Assembly (NCBI GenBank): GCA_023920165.1
Contig: CP089275.1
Coordinates: 3,782,001-3,846,000, forward strand
DNA: 64,000 bases
Direction: 5' to 3'
Origin: Curvularia clavata
Lineage: Eukaryota
Positions 59,033 through 64,000 of the stretch are shown one piece after another (position 1 is the stretch's first letter; every line of letters begins with the position of its first letter). Both the position numbers and the translations under genes were made by a program. The notes below the pieces were generated by a model. It worked only from the letters and a program-made list of their open reading frames with translations. It searched no databases and had not been told where the DNA came from.

Positions 59033-61159
59033 CTAGTACGGCGCCGTCTCGCGCTTCAGCCATTCCAGTGTCAAGGGGTCATTCTCAAAGTACTTGCTTG
59101 TCTTCTCGTACACTTCCTTGTGGTATTCGTTGATAAACGTCTTCTCGTCCTCGGTGAGCAGACTCATATCGACCAGGTTTCTGCAGTGAGGAGTCATGGT
59201 TACATGCTCGAAACCGAGGTACGGCTTATCACCAAACTTGTGCTTGGTTTCGACTTCCTTGACCAAGACCATGTTCTCGATACGAATGCCAAACTTTCCG
59301 TCCTCATAGTAGCCAGGCTCATCAGACACGACATTTCCGACGGCTAACGAGACCTCCGAATACTGTACCCTTGTGCCGATCCCGATTGGGCCTTCGTGCA
59401 CATTGAGAAATGAGCCGACGCCATGTCCTGTGCCGTGGCGGTAGTCGAGACCCTCCGCCCACAGGAATTGACGGGCCAAAGCATCCAAAGCAAAACCCGT
59501 TGTGCCCTTTGGAAACTTGACGCGCTCGAGAGCCATGTTGCCCTTGAGCACGAGCGTGTATGCTTTGCGCTCCATGTCCGTCGGCTCCGTAAAGTGCATT
59601 GTCCGTGTGGTGTCAGTCGTGCCGTCGCGGTATTGTGCTCCAGAGTCGCAGAGATAGATGGCCTTAGGATCGATAACTGAGCATGCGCCCTTCTCTGGTT
59701 TGTAGTGTATTACCGCGGCATTGGGGCCTGTCGACGAGATTGTGTCAAAAGAAAGACCCATGAACATGTCGTGCTTCTTGCGGATCTCTTCCAGCTTGTC
59801 AGCAGCGTCCACCTCGTCGAGCGTAGCCTTCTTGTTGATCAACTGGTCTTCTAACCACGCAAAGTATTCGCTCAATGCAGCTCCATCGCGGATGTGGCAC
59901 TGTCGCATGCCTTCCAGTTCTACCTCGTTCTTGACTGCCTTGGCATCTCCGACTGGGCTGCGCGTCTCTTCGACCTTGTCTTCGCCACCAAGAGCTTTGC
60001 TGAGCGCCCACGAAGCCCGGTTTGAAGTCAAGAACTTCTTGGGAGTAGAGTCCTTGTCGTTCGCCGCGAAGAGTTCCTTGCTTAGGGCTGTGACGTCGCC
60101 GAATATCTCCTCGTATGGGCGAATGGTTACTTTGTCGCCCAGGTGCTTCTTGACATCCTCGGATAGCTTGCTCTCGTCGACGTACAGAGTGGCTGCAGTG
60201 GGTGTGATGACCGCATAGGAGAAGAAGACTGGGTTGTAAGGAATGCTGTATGACGTTAACTTGAACTCTTGGAAATGGATTCGTCGCACACATACTCGCT
60301 GCCACGGAGATTGAAGAGCCACGCAACCTCGTCAAGCATGGACACCACGAAGCCCAGGCTCTTCTTCTTCTCCAATTCTTTGCGCAGATCTTCAATCTTG
60401 TCGCTGAAACTCTTGCCAGCATACTTGTCTGGTTGTACAATGACCTTCTCGCTCGGGCGCGCAGGTCTCTCAGCGCCCCATACCAGGTCTACCAGGTTTT
60501 CGTCAACGGCCTTGTATTCTCCGCCCTTCTTCTTAATCTTTTCAGCCAGTTTGCGGGCATCGGCCGCTGTGACAACACTCGGATCGACACCAACAACCTT
60601 GCCTCCCTCGGCCTGGTCAGCAGTCCACTCTTGGATGGTTGGCACGTCCTGGATGCCCTGCTTCAGCAGTTCCCAATTGCTGTCCAGCTGCTTCTCGGCC
60701 TGGTTGAAATAGCGCCCGTCGGTCGAGAGAGCAGCCTTGTCGTGTGTGATGACGGCGTAGCCAGCAGAACCCGTGAAACCACTGATGTATGCTAGGAGGT
60801 GTCAATAGGTGCGATGTACGACGAATGGCGGGGGTTCCTGTCCTGACCTCGGCGGGCGTCACATGGGGCAATGTACTCGCTCTGATGGCTGTCTTCGGAG
60901 GGGACCACTGCATGGCATCAGCTGTGTATGTACGTCTACAGATGCTGGCAAGACTGGGCCTACTGTAGATGTCGACATTGCGCTCCTTCATGAGCTTGCG
61001 GAGCTCCGCAAGCCGTTGCGAGGTGTCTACTTTGGCCATGTCGAGGGCACGCAGGGCTGCAGAGGCGTGAAGGGGTCGGATTGAAGCAAATGGAGTCTTT
61101 GCGGCTACATAAGCAGCGGCTATCGCGTGGGAGCGCCTTAGGATGCGCGGGAAGATCAT
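59033..61159 (-). CDS. ampp: Xaa-Pro aminopeptidase P (M24B), with probable alternative start at 61039
   Basis: [84 protein letters not shown]. Introns 60908-60963, 60792-60847, 60246-60295. Confidence 0.93.
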
Positions 61160-61894
61160 AAAGGAGTGACACGCTGGTTCGCGCCTACGGTCAATCGGTG
61201 CATGCACGACACCCCGCCTATTACAGCTTCGCACGCCGCCTGCGACCTCAACCCTTGCCAAGCACGGGGTCCCTCAATATCTCATATTCAGGCACCATCT
61301 GGCGACCACGTCGAGTTGGCCGCGACGTTTCTTAGTTCCCGACACGCCGTGGTCAAGGCCATGGACTGGCACGGTTGCGGTTTGCTTCTGATTCTGCCCC
61401 ACTACACGGCCAGGTAGACGTGAGTTTGTTTGCCCGCACGCCCGCACGCACGCACTTTTGCCTATTAGTCCTACGTACACCACAACTACACCAGAAGACC
61501 GCCCAAGTATGCTCAGCCTGCGACCGTCTTGATAACACACCACTCTCGCTGCAAATCACACATCATGTAAGTGGCACAAATTGCATCCAACTGGCGGCCT
61601 GGTCCACCCCTCTGGTCGCACCTTCCTACTTTGGGCGCCACCGCGACGACCTAGTTTTTGGGTGAATGAATGTATCCCCACACCAGGGCCGCCCATGATG
61701 ACATCTGCGCATCCCTAACCGCTCTTGAACCCACCTTTTTTCTTATCCCCATCGCTGGGTTTCGTATAGTTACCGCGGCTCCGGCCCTGACTTGACACCA
61801 CCGAACCTTGCAAAACTTTGATGGGCACCTGAGAACAACGTCATCAACAAATCCAGAAAAAAACCAATCCGCTGACACTGGCCCCAGACACAAC

Positions 61895-64000
61895 ATGGCT
61901 AGCAATGGGGCGCAGTCTTTTCCATTGCCGTACGAGGAAATCGAGCGCCTGGTCAAATCCTTGTACGAGCCTGGCCAGGCAAAGAAAATCTCAGAAACTG
62001 AAGCCACCCTGCGCGTGCTTCAACGCTCGCCCCAGGGATGGGAGATTGCAAATGCCCTGCTCAAGAGCGACGACGAGCAAGTCCGCTTCTTTGGCGCCCT
62101 CACCCTGACTGTTAAGCTCAATGCCGACTCAGCGGAACTGAGCGAAGAAGAATCAGAGCAACTATTATCAACCCTTATTCACCACCTCGTTTCGCGGCCT
62201 ACTTCCTCGATTGCAACTCGCAAGATCAGTTCAACCTTGGCCCAATACTTTACCAAGCCCATCTCCGTATGGACCCAGTGCATCAGAAGCCTCGCTGCTT
62301 CTTTTGCTGCCCAGCGACCAGTCTTAGATGATGCCCTGGACGAGCACCCTTCAACATGGGACCTCTTACCACAGTTCTCTGACGATCAGCTTGTCGTCAT
62401 GCTCGACTTTGCCATGAGTCTAGCAGATGAATCCAAGAAACCCTCCAATTCTCCAGACCGGAAACCTCACGAGCGCATGGCAGCAAACGTCGAGAGCGTT
62501 GAGGTTCTCCTTCATGTATCTTTCGGTCGCGGCATCAAATGGTTGTCAATATCCATTGATGACCCAAACTATGCTCAGTCTGTACAGCAAGGAGAGAAGA
62601 TTTGCATAGCAGCTCTGAAATGTTTCACAGGGTGGATCTTCTATGCTCAGTCAGAGTTCAAAGACAGCCCAGAGAAACTCCAGCATCTCCGCTCCGTCAA
62701 CGAACTTGCTCTGACCTGCCTCGAGTATCATGTTGATGATGCTATGGAGCTCGTGGCTGAGATTCTGGAGAACTACCCTACATTCTTCGAGAAGAAGCAC
62801 CAAGAGATGCTGTGGTCGGCCATTTCTGGCCCATGGGGTCTGGAAATACTGAAAAACTCGGATGCTGAGACTGTCTCGCTTGCAAGAATCATTGTGGCGT
62901 ACGGGCAGATCCTGCTTGAGTCCAAGGCCATCTACACCCAGCCGGATAATGTGCACTATCAACAAGTCATGTCTTTTCTGCATGATCTTCTCAAATACCC
63001 AGAGCCGGTAGGCGCAGAGGATGAGGTTGCTCCCGTAGTGCTTGACTTTTGGAGTAGTTATGTCAGCGCCATTGCTGAAGAAACATTCCTACATGCCTCA
63101 GGGGAGCAGGTACCAGTATGGATGGACACTGCCAAAGCCAACGTCCTCCAAGCGGTATCCGAGCTTGTTCAGAAAATCATCTATCCATCAGCTGATGTTA
63201 CTGATTCCTGGGATTCAGACGCTAGGAAGACGTTCAAGGTGTTCCGTGTTGATGTCCGCGATATCATCATGGACGCATATGATCCCTTACGAGACATACT
63301 GACTGACCAGTTCGTCGACTTCGCACTACACGGTTTGGGCGCTGGCAAATGGTTGGATCTTGAGACTGGGCTATTTGGTCTCATCGCCATTGCCGACGCA
63401 TTGCACGAGGGTTCGGACGACCGCCTGCTCAAACTGTTCGAACAACCACTGTTCTCAGCAATATCCAACAGCCCAGATGTACCTGCAATAACACGGAGGA
63501 CAGCTGTCGAGCTTGTCGCTGCTCTGAATCACTTCTTCCTTCGAAACCCAAGTTTTCTGCCTCAGGTTCTCCCGTTCCTGCTGACTGCTCTGGCTCAACC
63601 AGCAATTGCACACGGTGCTGCCAAATCATTTGCTTCACTTTGCTCTGAATGTCGCAAGTCATTGACAGGAGAGCTAGCCTCGTTTTTTCAAATGTACGAG
63701 CAGTTCATCACGTACGCAACAGCTGAAGAATTCACCAAGAGCATGGTTCTGAAAGGCATCGCTGCCATAGTTCAAGCCCAGGATTCGGAAGAAAAGCAAT
63801 TGGAAGGCGTACGACAGCTCTTCCAGTACATCACGCGAGACGCTATGCAAGCTATAAATATCACCAAAGAGGGGGGCGATGCAGAGCAAGGCCAAGTACT
63901 TGCACTAACAACACTAAAGTGCTTGGCGAATGTTGGAAAGGCTATGCAGGCTTCAGACGAGGAAGTAGTTGACCTTGCATCTGGCAAGGAGCCTTCCACG
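61895..64000 (+). CDS. karyopherin-beta / importin-13-like HEAT-repeat transport receptor, 3' end outside the window
   Basis: Absent from the ORF track, consistent with no stop before the window end; frame spot-checked at the start, middle and end. MASNGAQSFPLPYEEIERLVKSLYEPG...LQRSPQGWEIANALLKSDDEQVRFFGALTLTVKLN is an importin-beta N-terminal signature, followed by helical repeats. Confidence 0.85.
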   Translation, partial: MASNGAQSFPLPYEEIERLVKSLYEPGQAKKISETEATLRVLQRSPQGWEIANALLKSDDEQVRFFGALTLTVKLNADSAELSEEESEQLLSTLIHHLVSRPTSSIATRKISSTLAQYFTKPISVWTQCIRSLAASFAAQRPVLDDALDEHPSTWDLLPQFSDDQLVVMLDFAMSLADESKKPSNSPDRKPHERMAANVESVEVLLHVSFGRGIKWLSISIDDPNYAQSVQQGEKICIAALKCFTGWIFYAQSEFKDSPEKLQHLRSVNELALTCLEYHVDDAMELVAEILENYPTFFEKKHQEMLWSAISGPWGLEILKNSDAETVSLARIIVAYGQILLESKAIYTQPDNVHYQQVMSFLHDLLKYPEPVGAEDEVAPVVLDFWSSYVSAIAEETFLHASGEQVPVWMDTAKANVLQAVSELVQKIIYPSADVTDSWDSDARKTFKVFRVDVRDIIMDAYDPLRDILTDQFVDFALHGLGAGKWLDLETGLFGLIAIADALHEGSDDRLLKLFEQPLFSAISNSPDVPAITRRTAVELVAALNHFFLRNPSFLPQVLPFLLTALAQPAIAHGAAKSFASLCSECRKSLTGELASFFQMYEQFITYATAEEFTKSMVLKGIAAIVQAQDSEEKQLEGVRQLFQYITRDAMQAINITKEGGDAEQGQVLALTTLKCLANVGKAMQASDEEVVDLASGKEPST

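Overview
Gene-dense euchromatic segment of a filamentous ascomycete genome. Short GT-AG introns with CTRAC/CTAAC branch points, a dispersed 5S rRNA gene and a Fot1/pogo transposon support this; the protein style suggests Dothideomycetes/Pleosporales (inference). About 20 protein-coding genes were reconstructed by hand, including exons the ORF track misses: YCF1-type and YBT1-type ABCC transporters, a DUF2841-like protein, SAC3, YTP1, Swi5/Sae3, GCN2, a Cut12-like protein, PTH1, RAD14, NDUFA12, PGS1, SMP3, SKP1, SNZ1/PDX1, aminopeptidase P, a karyopherin-beta truncated by the window end, and three hypothetical proteins. The window also holds an intron-containing tRNA-Cys, a 5S rRNA gene, a complete 1861-bp Fot1-like DNA transposon (56-bp TIRs, TA duplication) whose transposase has one nonsense mutation, and a decayed FAD-oxidoreductase pseudogene. 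I see no convincing multi-gene novel system. The best leads are RNA-level: two candidate intronic box C/D-like RNAs with short 18S rRNA complementarity, a stem-loop in SAC3 intron 1 that covers a cryptic acceptor, a 7-nt microexon plus a GC-AG intron in NDUFA12, and uORFs upstream of GCN2. Family assignments come from motif recognition, not database searches.
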